NCBI GenBank assembly: GCA_965277805.1
Contig: OZ255842.1
Coordinates: 4,832,001 to 4,896,000 of the forward strand
Origin: Candidatus Lustribacter sp.
Lineage (GTDB): Bacteria; Vulcanimicrobiota; Vulcanimicrobiia; Vulcanimicrobiales; Vulcanimicrobiaceae
DNA: 64,000 nucleotides
Direction of reading: 5' to 3'
The notes under the pieces are model-generated. The model saw only the letters and a program-made list of their open reading frames with translations. It was not told where the DNA came from and ran no database searches. Shown one piece after another: positions 31,842 to 41,253 of this stretch. How positions within the stretch are numbered: position 1 is the first letter of the stretch; the number at the start of each line of letters is the position of its first letter. The position numbers and the translations under genes were made by a program.

Positions 31842-32245
31842 GCGTGCGACCTCCCGGAATCGCATATGGGCGCTTCGCGGCGCCACAGCGTAGAGCCGCC
31901 CGCACAGGAAGTTCTCGCTCGTACCTAGCGTGCTCGACTGCTGGAACATCATTGGGCGCGCAACGCGGGTCTGCCCACTAGGTGGTCGGAAGTTGCCATC
32001 ATGGCGCTGGATCAAAATACGCTGACTTTGGCGGCCCACAGCTGCGCGAGCGAACGCGCGCGCCTGACTGTTGAGCTCGCGATAAGTGGACGTCGGCTCC
32101 TCCAGGAAGCCGCGTCAAACGGCATCTTCGGGGGCCTGTCCCAGGTCTCTTAACGACACAGGGCGCCGAGAACCTGAAGGCCAACCGTTATGGGCGCGCC
32201 TTACTGTTACCCCCGCTTGTCGCGGGACGGTATGTTCGTCGCCGA

Positions 32246-32764
32246 CTATGTGCGAGTAACCGACATAACGCGGTCCTCTTCAAGTAGCCAGGCCCCGCTA
32301 ACCGACTGCGTCCACGTGAGCTGGTGCTTCTCAAAATCGAGCTCCCTGCCGGGTCCCTGTCGCGGATCGTTACTGCTAACGCCGGAAAACCAATGTTGCG
32401 CGTCGACAGATTCCGTCGCGCCCCGTGGCGTAACGCTCGTCGAAGTTACCTTCTGACTGTTGCCCATCGGCTCCATCGCGCGTAACGCAAATGAACTGAT
32501 TTGTTGCGCAAAGGGCTCGAGCGTAAGCCGGGTACCGTCCGGCTGAATCACGTGGAAGTCTTTAGAAATCATCCCCGTCAGTGCGGGCACGTCGCCATGT
32601 GAAACGGCGTCGAAGTAACGATTCGTCGCCCTGTCCAGCGAGCTCGGTGCAGCACCGGAAGACATCTGAGCGCCGGCTAGCGACGGAGCGGTAAATGCCA
32701 GTGCCATGAGTAGCGGGCTTACTATGCGTCTAAGCATCGTGGGATAACTATACGTCGGTTTCAT
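32246..32764 (-). CDS. Secreted NTF2-like (DUF4440) protein
   Basis: Signal peptide; GDVPAL..MISKDFHVIQPDG; W....GAWLL. Confidence 0.7.
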   Translation of the reverse strand: MKPTYSYPTMLRRIVSPLLMALAFTAPSLAGAQMSSGAAPSSLDRATNRYFDAVSHGDVPALTGMISKDFHVIQPDGTRLTLEPFAQQISSFALRAMEPMGNSQKVTSTSVTPRGATESVDAQHWFSGVSSNDPRQGPGRELDFEKHQLTWTQSVSGAWLLEEDRVMSVTRT

Positions 32765-33066
32765 GTCTCACAAACGTTCGGTGAACGAACCTGGATTTAC
32801 TAAATCTTAGCTGAGCAACGGCTCAACGCTAGTAACCGATTGCCGTGCTGTTAACGCGAATCTGTCGCGCACGAGATTGTTTGGGACTGCGCCGGCATAG
32901 GACGTGGATCGCCTAAGGTAATGTTCAGCGGACGGCAAAGCGATTGCGCGCCGTTGTCGCGCAGCGCGCAGCGCATTAGAGCCGCAGAAGGGCGCTCGGA
33001 TGTGTGCTGTTACGTCCGCCCTGCGTTCTGCGCGTCTGGGGTTTAAATCATTGTTTCCCCGAGGTA

Positions 33067-33617
33067 GTGACGACGCCAGACGTCCGGCTCCATGTTGGTG
33101 TCCGGCATCGTCTGGGAGACCTGTACCCCGGGCGGGGAGAGGCCTATCCCCCGCGAAGCGGCGATGTCCGATGACGTTCCCGACCTACGTGCGCTTGGTG
33201 ACCGACAAGATTCGCGAGGTCATGCCTGACGTGGCCCGGGTTGCGCGCGGCCGCTGCGTGACGTGGTCGCGCGGTTCGCAATCACTCACGGTCGACGCCT
33301 CCGACAGCAAGACGTGGTGGGTGAGGTTCGACCGCGCGCTGGTTTACGACGAACGCCAGAACGCCGAGAGCGCCATTGTGACGGCGCAAAACGCAGTTGC
33401 GCACTTCACTTAGCGCGTTCGACGGCGCGGCGTGCGCGACAATAGCAGCGGAATATCGTCTCGACCAACGAGGCGTCCTCGTCGAGGATGAGGCCATGCG
33501 GTGCCGAGCGTGCGGGTTCTCCTCGCGCCTACCCGGCACCCCGGTTTCCGCGTGGCGCCGGCGCAGTCCGGAAATCGAGCCGCCGGTGGTCGAGCTCTGC
33601 GAGATCTGCACCGCCGC
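33067..33617 (+). repeat. Repeat module A, copy 2
   Basis: Direct repeat of 20955-21500, offset 12117. Confidence 0.9.
33171..33413 (+). CDS. 80-aa hypothetical protein (module A)
   Basis: Paralogue of 21054..21296. Confidence 0.7.
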   Translation: MTFPTYVRLVTDKIREVMPDVARVARGRCVTWSRGSQSLTVDASDSKTWWVRFDRALVYDERQNAESAIVTAQNAVAHFT

Positions 33618-34087
33618 CCTGGAAGCCGTACAGCGATCTGATGGTGGAGAGACTGCTCGGCCCCTAGAGATGGTAGGGGAACGAACTAACCCTGCAGCGC
33701 TTACGCGCCCTCGAACCGTTAGGAAGCCCCGTTCGAGCCTGCGCCATCGTTGAAACGAGGAATAATCGGGCAGGGGCGGGCTAACTCAAGATGGTGTGCG
33801 AGGTGCACCGTCCTTCCATCCCGCGCAGTGTGGGACGCTCAATCTACCGCGGCACCTGTCCAAAGGTTTCACCCTGGCGGGGCGCTTCACAACGCCATCT
33901 TATCGGCGCCGCGGACGGCCGGCGCCGCAAGGCGGGGCCACCCGGGCCGGAGATCACTATGCGACACCCAGCGAAGGGCCGGGCTCCAACGCGCAGAACG
34001 TCCGCTACGTGCGAAACTTTCCTGCTTGCCGCTAGTGTCTAACGTGCGCCGCCTGGGGTGTGCCAGGCTACGAGAGGCCTGCCAAGG

Positions 34088-34534
34088 ATGAAAACCGCGA
34101 AGTTCCGTGCTGTCGACGTTGCCAAATGCCTACTGGAACTCCACGGCCCGATGCCGCAACTCCAGTTGCAAAAGCTGCTTTACTACTGCCAAGGCTGGAG
34201 TCTCATTTGGGACTCGCGTCCGCTTTTCCGCGACACCATTGAAGCCTGGGTAAACGGCCCTGTTGTGCCATCGATCTGGCGACGACATTCTTATGAGTAC
34301 GAGTTGACGCCGACCGAGTTTGACGGTGATTCGAGTAATCTCGATCGAGATGCACGGGAGACAATCGAGGGAGTGCTACGTTATTACGGGGACTACACTC
34401 CTTCGCAACTCGTCGCGAAAACTCACGGCGAGATGCCATGGCTGCGCGCGCGCAGGGGTCTAAAAAGCTATGAGCGCGGGAACGTGCCGATCTCGTTGGA
34501 CGACATGGTAGAGTATTTCAGCGCGGCCCCGTAG
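34088..34534 (+). CDS. Panacea/DUF4065 (SocA-like) antitoxin
   Basis: LQKLLYYCQ, IEAWVNGPVV, THGEMPW. Confidence 0.9.
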   Translation: MKTAKFRAVDVAKCLLELHGPMPQLQLQKLLYYCQGWSLIWDSRPLFRDTIEAWVNGPVVPSIWRRHSYEYELTPTEFDGDSSNLDRDARETIEGVLRYYGDYTPSQLVAKTHGEMPWLRARRGLKSYERGNVPISLDDMVEYFSAAP

Positions 34535-34802
34535 CGGCCGTCTTGCAGTCAACGTCCTTCGTTGGCACACTGTGCTTGACGTGAGCAAAAACCGAATACA
34601 CATCGTTTAAACGTTCCGCGGTACACCGATCAGCGGCATTGCGCCGGTCATCGATCACACGCGCATGCTCAAAAAAGGTCGGATCATCGCGTATTCCATC
34701 GTGGACGAAAGTGCACGATGTGATCAGCGTGACCAGGCTCGCCACAATTACGACTCCCCAAAACCACCACTGCGACCGCGTTACCTCGTTTGGATCTTGC
34801 AT
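34518..34802 (-). CDS. Small membrane-anchored protein
   Basis: One TM helix; follows 34806 gene closely. Confidence 0.5.
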   Translation of the reverse strand: MQDPNEVTRSQWWFWGVVIVASLVTLITSCTFVHDGIRDDPTFFEHARVIDDRRNAADRCTAERLNDVYSVFAHVKHSVPTKDVDCKTAATGPR

Positions 34803-34805
34803 GGC

Positions 34806-35522
34806 TTATCCCGTTCCCGGAGGGGGCTTTTTCTGCGGAGCATTCGATGGCAGGAAAGCGGGAGGCGGCTCGATTTTCGCAACCGCTGATCTCTCTATAA
34901 TGGATTGGCGCGCGTGAAAACTAATCCCGAAGCCCTTCATATGAGTGGCGCGGTCGTTCCAACGGAATGTTACGTTTGCGAGTTGCTGACTGAATAGCAG
35001 CGCAAGGTGCTCGGATTTTCCGGCTCTGATGCTTCCAATGTCAACGGGCAGCGAAAATTCCTGGCCTTGGGGGTTGCAAGCAGTAACCGTTAGGATGCCA
35101 TTTACGACCGGCGATCTGCCGACGCTAATCAGCTCTACTTCTGCTGGCTGGTAAGGCGACGCGTTTATATCGGCTGGCGGTTCCATTACGAACCCCTTTG
35201 TCACATCGGAGATGAAAAGGCGAAGCGGCGGCCGTTTGTGGGAAGCGTTGCATGACTGCACGCTGAGCGCCGGCAGTTTCTCGTGCTCGAGTGCCTCTTG
35301 CGTGTAACGGGCCGCCTTGTAGGCAGCGAGAAATGCACCAAGAGTCAGCATGCCGAGGAGATATGTCGAAACCGTGAGCGAACAAACCGGATCACCATAA
35401 ATGCAGCGCGCTGGATGTGCGCCAATCGCTACCCAGTAGGGAATGGCCGGACCTAGTGCGACGGCGACAAGAATTACAGCAGCAATCGCGACCCACAGCG
35501 TCCGGATATGCTGAAGCCTCAC
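34806..35522 (-). CDS. Two-TM membrane protein
   Basis: Two hydrophobic helices then soluble beta-rich domain. Confidence 0.6.
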   Translation of the reverse strand: MRLQHIRTLWVAIAAVILVAVALGPAIPYWVAIGAHPARCIYGDPVCSLTVSTYLLGMLTLGAFLAAYKAARYTQEALEHEKLPALSVQSCNASHKRPPLRLFISDVTKGFVMEPPADINASPYQPAEVELISVGRSPVVNGILTVTACNPQGQEFSLPVDIGSIRAGKSEHLALLFSQQLANVTFRWNDRATHMKGFGISFHARQSIIERSAVAKIEPPPAFLPSNAPQKKPPPGTG

Positions 35523-35869
35523 GATCGTTCTATTCGAACCGACGTGATCGTATTGCGAACGGTCTTCAGCGCGGGCGTCTCTGAGACGCTAACAATCTGC
35601 GCAATAGTCTTTGCCAAACTCTGCATTTGCTCCGCGTTGATTGCTAAATCGCGCGCAGCGAATACTAGGCAACCTTCTTTCTCGTCAGTCCGAACGTATT
35701 CGGCACCGAGGTCGACTACTAGCTCATTCAATTCCTGAGCTAGCGGGCTCTTAGTCGCGGAACTTAATCGATCGGCCCCATGTTGCGGGTCGACAGCAGC
35801 TTCGTTCGCTTTTACGGACGCTCCGTCGGCTTCGTCGGTGTCCTGTAGCCGCTCCCCGTCGCCGTTCAT
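35519..35869 (-). CDS. Hypothetical protein
   Basis: GTGA overlap with downstream gene. Confidence 0.5.
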   Translation of the reverse strand: MNGDGERLQDTDEADGASVKANEAAVDPQHGADRLSSATKSPLAQELNELVVDLGAEYVRTDEKEGCLVFAARDLAINAEQMQSLAKTIAQIVSVSETPALKTVRNTITSVRIERS

Positions 35870-35929
35870 GCGAAACGCTTCTCGCCCGCGGCCTGAGAGC
35901 CTCGTTTTCCGACCGTCAGCTTGCCAGAA

Positions 35930-35952
35930 TCGATAAGCCTCTAATATCGAAC
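35930..35952 (+). repeat. lox/dif-like site
   Basis: TCGATAA-gcctcta-ATATCGA; 35931-35952 is identical to the reverse complement of 40841-40862. Confidence 0.8.
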
Positions 35953-35998
35953 GGGCCCGGCTGCGGTCGCAGAACTACGCAATCGTTCGGCTCTCGCT

Positions 35999-36448
35999 TT
36001 AGGTGCAGTGGTCGGAGATGCTTTGAAGTCGCTGGTGAAAGCCGTCGCGGTCGAAACTAGTAATGCCCGAATGCGGGGATTTGACTGCTAAAGCGTTTTG
36101 CAGCAGCAGTCGCTCCCGGTAGACGTACCGGCAATTGCGCTGGCCGGCATCTACGCTTTCATCGAAAGCGTTATCGAGGTCGGCAGCGATAGCATCGAGC
36201 TGACCGCCATAGTCTTCAGCTCCAACGTGCGTACACGCCAGATGCGCATCCGCCGACCGAACAAATGCCGCTAAGGCCGCAGAGTGATCACGTGCACTCA
36301 AGTCGACGGCGCGATCGCGGATGTCATCGGCTCGATCTAAACAGGTCGCCGCTACCGCACGTGCAGGGAGACCCAGCATCAGCATCCCGCTAGAAAGTGC
36401 GAGGACCGTGAGCAGGATGCTAACGCCTTCCCAAGCACGGCGCAACAT
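35999..36448 (-). CDS. Secreted helical protein with 4 Cys
   Basis: Signal peptide ending AVA. Confidence 0.6.
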   Translation of the reverse strand: MLRRAWEGVSILLTVLALSSGMLMLGLPARAVAATCLDRADDIRDRAVDLSARDHSAALAAFVRSADAHLACTHVGAEDYGGQLDAIAADLDNAFDESVDAGQRNCRYVYRERLLLQNALAVKSPHSGITSFDRDGFHQRLQSISDHCT

Positions 36449-36629
36449 TAAGCAAAGTACCTAAGATCATTTAGTGGCAGCATGCGCCGCAGACTAGCAT
36501 GCCGCACGGGGGCGGCGCAAGGTACGAACGTCCTTGGACCGTCGAGGTACGCCTGCGGACGCGATGTACGGGCGGCTCTACGGCGCGGCGCCGCGAAACG
36601 CGCACATGCGATTCCGGGAGGTCGCAAGC

Positions 36630-36926
36630 ATGCAGATACAAGCCTTGTTCGTTTCCGCGGTTCTTGCCTTGTCCGTCGCGCTCGTGCCGGCCGCGGCCGC
36701 AACGCTGCCGTCGACAGTCATAGTGGCAGCCGCGCCCGCGATGTTCGATACCGAGGCCGCCGCGCAAAAGCACTGCCCGCGCGACGTCGTCGTTTGGTTG
36801 AACATCCCGACCGGCGTCTATCACGAGCGGGGCATGCGGTGGTACGGCCGCACAAAACACGGCGCGTACGTGTGCAAGAGAGAAGCCGACGCCGCCGGCG
36901 ATCGCGACACGAGGAACGGCCAGTGA
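36630..36926 (+). CDS. Module B secreted protein, intact copy (Ada metal-binding-like fold suspected)
   Basis: GGGAGG RBS, signal peptide, HCPRDVVVWLN..TGVYH..G.RWYGRTKHGAYVC. Confidence 0.8.
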   Translation: MQIQALFVSAVLALSVALVPAAAATLPSTVIVAAAPAMFDTEAAAQKHCPRDVVVWLNIPTGVYHERGMRWYGRTKHGAYVCKREADAAGDRDTRNGQ

Positions 36927-37360
36927 GGCTAAGTCCGCATTGCTACGTCAGAGCTCTGGCCTTTTCGCTCGGAACTGCCGTTGTTTCGACCGCAACTGAC
37001 GCATCTGCCACCGAGCACATCAGCATGCTTCAGTACGTAGCGCAGCGTGGATCTATGCTGGGGTTCGCGCACGATGATGTGACGCGGTTCGTTACTTACG
37101 GCAACGTCATCCCCGCTTGCGCCGAAGTCGCACGAGCGTTCCCTGATATGTCGGCCGTGCCTCCTCAGCAGGTTCGCCACGTGATACGTCTTCAGGCTGT
37201 CTGCCGCGCGGGACTTAAAAGCCGGAACGCGGGCTTAGGCGTATTTCGCGTCGAGGACTCCCTGCTCGGCCTCACGTGCATTAGCCTGAGGATGATGGAG
37301 CCCGCCGCAGACCTAAAGCCGGCGTGCAGTATACCGTCTTCTCTGCCGGCCCCTCCATAG
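36923..37360 (+). CDS. Secreted hypothetical protein
   Basis: GTGA overlap with module B stop; signal-like N-terminus. Confidence 0.55.
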   Translation: MRLSPHCYVRALAFSLGTAVVSTATDASATEHISMLQYVAQRGSMLGFAHDDVTRFVTYGNVIPACAEVARAFPDMSAVPPQQVRHVIRLQAVCRAGLKSRNAGLGVFRVEDSLLGLTCISLRMMEPAADLKPACSIPSSLPAPP

Positions 37361-37370
37361 GATAGTGCAC

Positions 37371-37817
37371 ATGAGAAAACCGTGGTTCGTGCTTTGCGTG
37401 CTGATTGCGCTTGCAGGAGGCTATTCGGCCACCCGCGCGACTGAACAAACGATCGTAACATTCGACGGCGCGTGGTGGACGAGTCTTGACACTTCCCAGA
37501 AATATGCGGCCGTTGAGGGCATGATCGTGGGCTACCAAGCCGGTTATCAGCGCGGCGCTGGCAACGCGGTCGAATACATGTCTCCAAGCGAGGCGAAGGC
37601 GCAAGGTTTTCCCGCAGCTTTCAAGGCGTTTTCGGCGCGCGGTGCAGCGCTGTACCAGCGTGCTATGAATATGAACGATGCCGGATCCGATCGCACGTTT
37701 GGAACAATGACTAACGAACTCGATGCTTACTTCGTGAATCAGCCAACACGCGCCAAAGAACTCGTAGAGTACCGAGTTTGGTGCGCCATTACGAGCGGAG
37801 CGCACTGTAAACAATAA
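37371..37817 (+). CDS. Secreted helical protein (loosely Rap1a/Tai-like)
   Basis: Signal peptide; DGAWWTSL...K, RTFGT; paralogue at 24909..25370. Confidence 0.65.
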   Translation: MRKPWFVLCVLIALAGGYSATRATEQTIVTFDGAWWTSLDTSQKYAAVEGMIVGYQAGYQRGAGNAVEYMSPSEAKAQGFPAAFKAFSARGAALYQRAMNMNDAGSDRTFGTMTNELDAYFVNQPTRAKELVEYRVWCAITSGAHCKQ

Positions 37818-37973
37818 TCTCCGGTTCTCGGCCACGCAAGCGATCCAACGATACCGTCGCGAGGAGGTGGCCGCTTGCAAGTGCTAGCCAGGCCAACTCG
37901 GACGCGCACTTGAAGCCGCATGTTCGGAACAAATTAAGAAACGATCTGTCGGCAATTCAATCTGGAGAAGCAC

Positions 37974-38999
37974 ATGGGAATCGTTGAACCGCTCAAATTG
38001 AGCGTCACCTATGCGTTCGTAAGGTCGCGACAACTTGACGGAACATACCCTGGTAATGATCAAACTGGCGTTTGGATGCCAACTGATTTGCGAATCCGCG
38101 CTGGTTGGGGGAAGGTGTTCGAAAGTGATTGGCCGCGTTCATCTCTTGCCAACTGGCCTCCCGCTGAACCCCCCGGTCTCGACGTTAAAGCTCAGAAGCT
38201 CAGATCTCTATATTATCAACGAGTGCGCGATATTGATGATGCACGCTCAACATTGGATCATCACGGACCGTTCGCCGCGGCGTTCGATATTGGACTAGCG
38301 TGGTTCAAATACACTGACGGTATAATAAGCACAACCCCCGATCCTCTCGAAAAAAAAGAGGCTCACGCTGTTATGATCATCGATTATGATGATACAAACC
38401 AGTGTCTGCGCGTTCGCAATTCGTGGGGCACAGGTTGGGGAGAAGCTGGTTATGCGAATTTGGCATATAGCGTCTTTTCGTCGACAATGACCGATGCTTG
38501 GACGATCTCTGCCGAGACACCGGAGGATATATGGGCCCCTTCGAGCGCGAACAAGTCGTGCGTCAAAACCTGGGGTATGCCTACCATGTCAAGAGGCAAA
38601 GCTGTGCATGGGATCGATTTGGTTGCGGCAACGGGTGAACGGAATGGCTGGGCGTTCGTTGTAGAGCGCGACGACGTTTTAGACGTCGAGGAATTTTTTA
38701 TACGTCCGCCCCAGCGACGCCGCGGATTGGGCAAAAGCTTGTTGGCCGAATGTCTCGACCTCAGCAATAGGAAAGGGCTGCCGTTGAGATTTTTGGTAAC
38801 ACACGCGGATTACTTGACTTCAAACCTCGCCGCGATGCGCGCTCTATTTGCAGCCTCCGGCTACGCCATGCACTCAAGTCCGCTCCAGTATGCCTCCGCG
38901 ATTTTCGAAGCAGGTAACCCGGCCACCGGTCTGGCCGCTGGCAACGTGCGTCCATCAGGATTGCCTCCGCGCCCGGCATATCTTTCGCAAGTTCGATAA
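37974..38999 (+). CDS. Papain-like C1 peptidase (N-terminally truncated) fused to GNAT
   Basis: HAVMIIDYD, RNSWGTGWGEAGY; FIRPPQRRRGLGKSL acetyl-CoA motif. Confidence 0.8.
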   Translation: MGIVEPLKLSVTYAFVRSRQLDGTYPGNDQTGVWMPTDLRIRAGWGKVFESDWPRSSLANWPPAEPPGLDVKAQKLRSLYYQRVRDIDDARSTLDHHGPFAAAFDIGLAWFKYTDGIISTTPDPLEKKEAHAVMIIDYDDTNQCLRVRNSWGTGWGEAGYANLAYSVFSSTMTDAWTISAETPEDIWAPSSANKSCVKTWGMPTMSRGKAVHGIDLVAATGERNGWAFVVERDDVLDVEEFFIRPPQRRRGLGKSLLAECLDLSNRKGLPLRFLVTHADYLTSNLAAMRALFAASGYAMHSSPLQYASAIFEAGNPATGLAAGNVRPSGLPPRPAYLSQVR

Positions 39000-39161
39000 C
39001 AATGTTTCGCGCGTTCTTGACGAGCGCGGCGTGCCGCCGGCGGAGTAGGGTTGGACGCCTGTGCCGTGCCGGGAAGCCTCTAATATCCAATGCCCTGAGG
39101 TCACGAGGAACAGCGAGCCGTTTGCGCAGACAGGACCGATCGACCTACGCTGTCCAGCGTG

Positions 39162-39539
39162 TCAGGTGCTATGCGACTTGCCCTTCGGCGGAATCGCGCT
39201 TTCGACGACGAGCACCCCCCTGCTGTCGGCGGTGATCACATGGCCGTCTTGCCGTATTGCGCCGATGATCACGGCCGGACCGTCCGTGTGCTCGACCTCC
39301 TCGATCTGGACCGGCTCGTCGACACCATTGTAGCCGTGCTCATTGTAGGCGAAGACCTCGCCATCGTCGTCCTTGGATTTCATGTTATCCCCCTCGAATT
39401 TATAGGTACCCGGCGCCGGCATGAAGATCACTTCCGGACGCAAGAAAGACATGGTCACCCGCTCCGCGGCAGCGGCGCGCCTCGCGATGGCCTGCGCCTG
39501 CGCGTCGACCGGGTCCGGCGGTATTACTGGTCGCGCCAT
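39162..39539 (-). CDS. Hypothetical protein
   Basis: 125 aa protein-like ORF. Confidence 0.55.
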   Translation of the reverse strand: MARPVIPPDPVDAQAQAIARRAAAAERVTMSFLRPEVIFMPAPGTYKFEGDNMKSKDDDGEVFAYNEHGYNGVDEPVQIEEVEHTDGPAVIIGAIRQDGHVITADSRGVLVVESAIPPKGKSHST

Positions 39540-39660
39540 GCCATGACGTTCAGCAAAAAATTCGCCTAATCGGGCGCGCGCTGTCGTATGGACGACCGTC
39601 GCTCGGCCTGCTAGGATTAGGCCCCATCTTTAGGCGTTTGCTCGGAGGTGTGTGCGGCAC

Positions 39661-39954
39661 ATGGACTCGCTCTACCTAACTGTCACGTCGCAGGGAGAAC
39701 GCTTTGTTGCGACGAGTGCGGCGCCGCGCATCTGTTCGCTCGGAGCGTCGCCTGAACAAGCCACTGAGAGCGCCCGGCTCGTGGCCCTTGCCATGTTTGG
39801 CGGCGGACCGCGCCCGGCCATGCTCATCGACCGGATCACGCAGCCCGGGCTTTCGACGCTCGTCATGCAACCGCTCGAAAAACCGTTCACCATCGGGAGC
39901 ATAGTACAGAAGGTCGGCTGGCGTTATATGGCGTCCGTTCCTGGCCGGGTTTGA
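39661..39954 (+). CDS. HicB-N-like small protein
   Basis: GGAGG RBS; FVAT....ICSLGASPEQA..SA pattern. Confidence 0.4.
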   Translation: MDSLYLTVTSQGERFVATSAAPRICSLGASPEQATESARLVALAMFGGGPRPAMLIDRITQPGLSTLVMQPLEKPFTIGSIVQKVGWRYMASVPGRV

Positions 39955-39967
39955 AGCTGGCTCAGTA

Positions 39968-40156
39968 GTGGACGTGATGGTGCTGTGCCGGTGCGGGCAC
40001 CCCTCCGGTCTGCATACCGAAAACGGCTGTCGCGCCGGCCGATATCAGCCTTGTCCCTGCATGTTGGATTCACGTTTAGCAATGGAGACCGCAGTCGCGG
40101 CCGTGCGAGTACCGTCACGGAAAGAATCGGTCAGCAACACGATAACGGGCAAGTGA
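39968..40156 (+). CDS. Small Cys/His-rich protein
   Basis: CRCGH...H...GC......CPC. Confidence 0.5.
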   Translation: MDVMVLCRCGHPSGLHTENGCRAGRYQPCPCMLDSRLAMETAVAAVRVPSRKESVSNTITGK

Positions 40157-40550
40157 GGTCATGGAGTTTTTGGCCTGGCGGTACACTGAACGGCTAGGTA
40201 TGCGCATTTCGATGTCGTCGAATTCTAGCCACGATATGGCCTTGCATTGGCCGTGCGGTTGCGCGCTTCAGGGAACACGGGAGACGACCGTGTACGTGCC
40301 GTGCGAGACGCATGAGCGGCGTCCGATATAGCGCCTGCCGCATTCAGCGAAGTCAAGTGAAGACGCTTAAAGCATGGCCAATGCAACATTCGTCAAGCCC
40401 GTCGACTGGCGACTGAACGGCGTCCCGCACCCAATTGGACAGTTGTTTTCGTTCCACTAGGGACGCAAATCACACATCGTGTAAATGTTCGTACCCTGTC
40501 GCTTGCAGCTCGTCACAATTGAGTAAACCCCCCTGCGCTAGCAAGAAATC

Positions 40551-40760
40551 ATGATAGGCTGGCTCCATGATAGCCGTGAGTGCGTAGTGCGCGTGGCCTG
40601 CTCGTATCTAACGATACGTGGTGAGCCCTGCAAGGCCGCCGCTTGCTGGATGTGCCCAAATTGTAAACGAGTAGCCTGCGGCACACACGTACAGCGGCAA
40701 GGCGGCGGTGGCCGCTGTTTGAATTGCAAAAACACTGTTCAGCGGTTGTATGCAGACTAA
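40551..40760 (+). CDS. B-box-like Zn finger, paralogue 4
   Basis: Same motif and spacing as the 20188-20959 trio. Confidence 0.7.
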   Translation: MIGWLHDSRECVVRVACSYLTIRGEPCKAAACWMCPNCKRVACGTHVQRQGGGGRCLNCKNTVQRLYAD

Positions 40761-40840
40761 CGGGCATGCATTTTCGGACGGCGTCTGAGCACCCTCGGTG
40801 CAACCGACGAGGTTTAAGCTCATTCGTTAGTGCGCACCGT

Positions 40841-40863
40841 GTTCGATATTAGAGGCTTATCGG
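40841..40863 (-). repeat. lox/dif-like site, inverted copy
   Basis: TCGATAT-tagaggc-TTATCGG. Confidence 0.8.
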
Positions 40864-40870
40864 ACTCGTG

Positions 40871-41098
40871 CTAATACGTTTTCTTCTTGGTTTGCACCGG
40901 GTTGGGGTGCTCTGTCGGCGCCGGGGTCGGCGCATGCGTTGATTCCACTACAGGCCCGCCGATATGGACGTACGGCTTTGCGAGATCCCATGCTGGCATT
41001 TCAATAAGGGCAAGAACACCGAGGACAATGGCGACTATCCAGCCCGTTCTACCGTCTTTGTTCTTCGCGAGCGTCTCGAGGTTCCCCCATTGTAACAC
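40871..41098 (-). CDS. Small single-TM protein
   Basis: GWIVAIVLGVLALI plus Pro/Thr tail. Confidence 0.5.
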   Translation of the reverse strand: MLQWGNLETLAKNKDGRTGWIVAIVLGVLALIEMPAWDLAKPYVHIGGPVVESTHAPTPAPTEHPNPVQTKKKTY

Positions 41099-41253
41099 TT
41101 TACTAAAACGGACGTCTGGCTAAATGTTACAGAGCGCGCTTACGACTGTGTTGTCATCAGGCGATGCGGAAGTTCCCCCCGATAATTGGAGACCCAAAGG
41201 TGCGGGCCGGCCAGATCAATGGGTGCGCTGGCTACATGCTCGGGGGCCATTAT

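Noticed and set aside
21054-33617. Diversity-generating retroelement template/variable repeat pair
   Set aside because: No reverse transcriptase in the window and differences are not adenine-specific
18120-41192. Isolated CGATAA/TTATCG half-sites (near 18126, 19081, 19952, 20709, 32080, 33900, 41180)
   Set aside because: The hexamer also occurs several times in host flanks, so only two-armed or shared-spacer copies were counted
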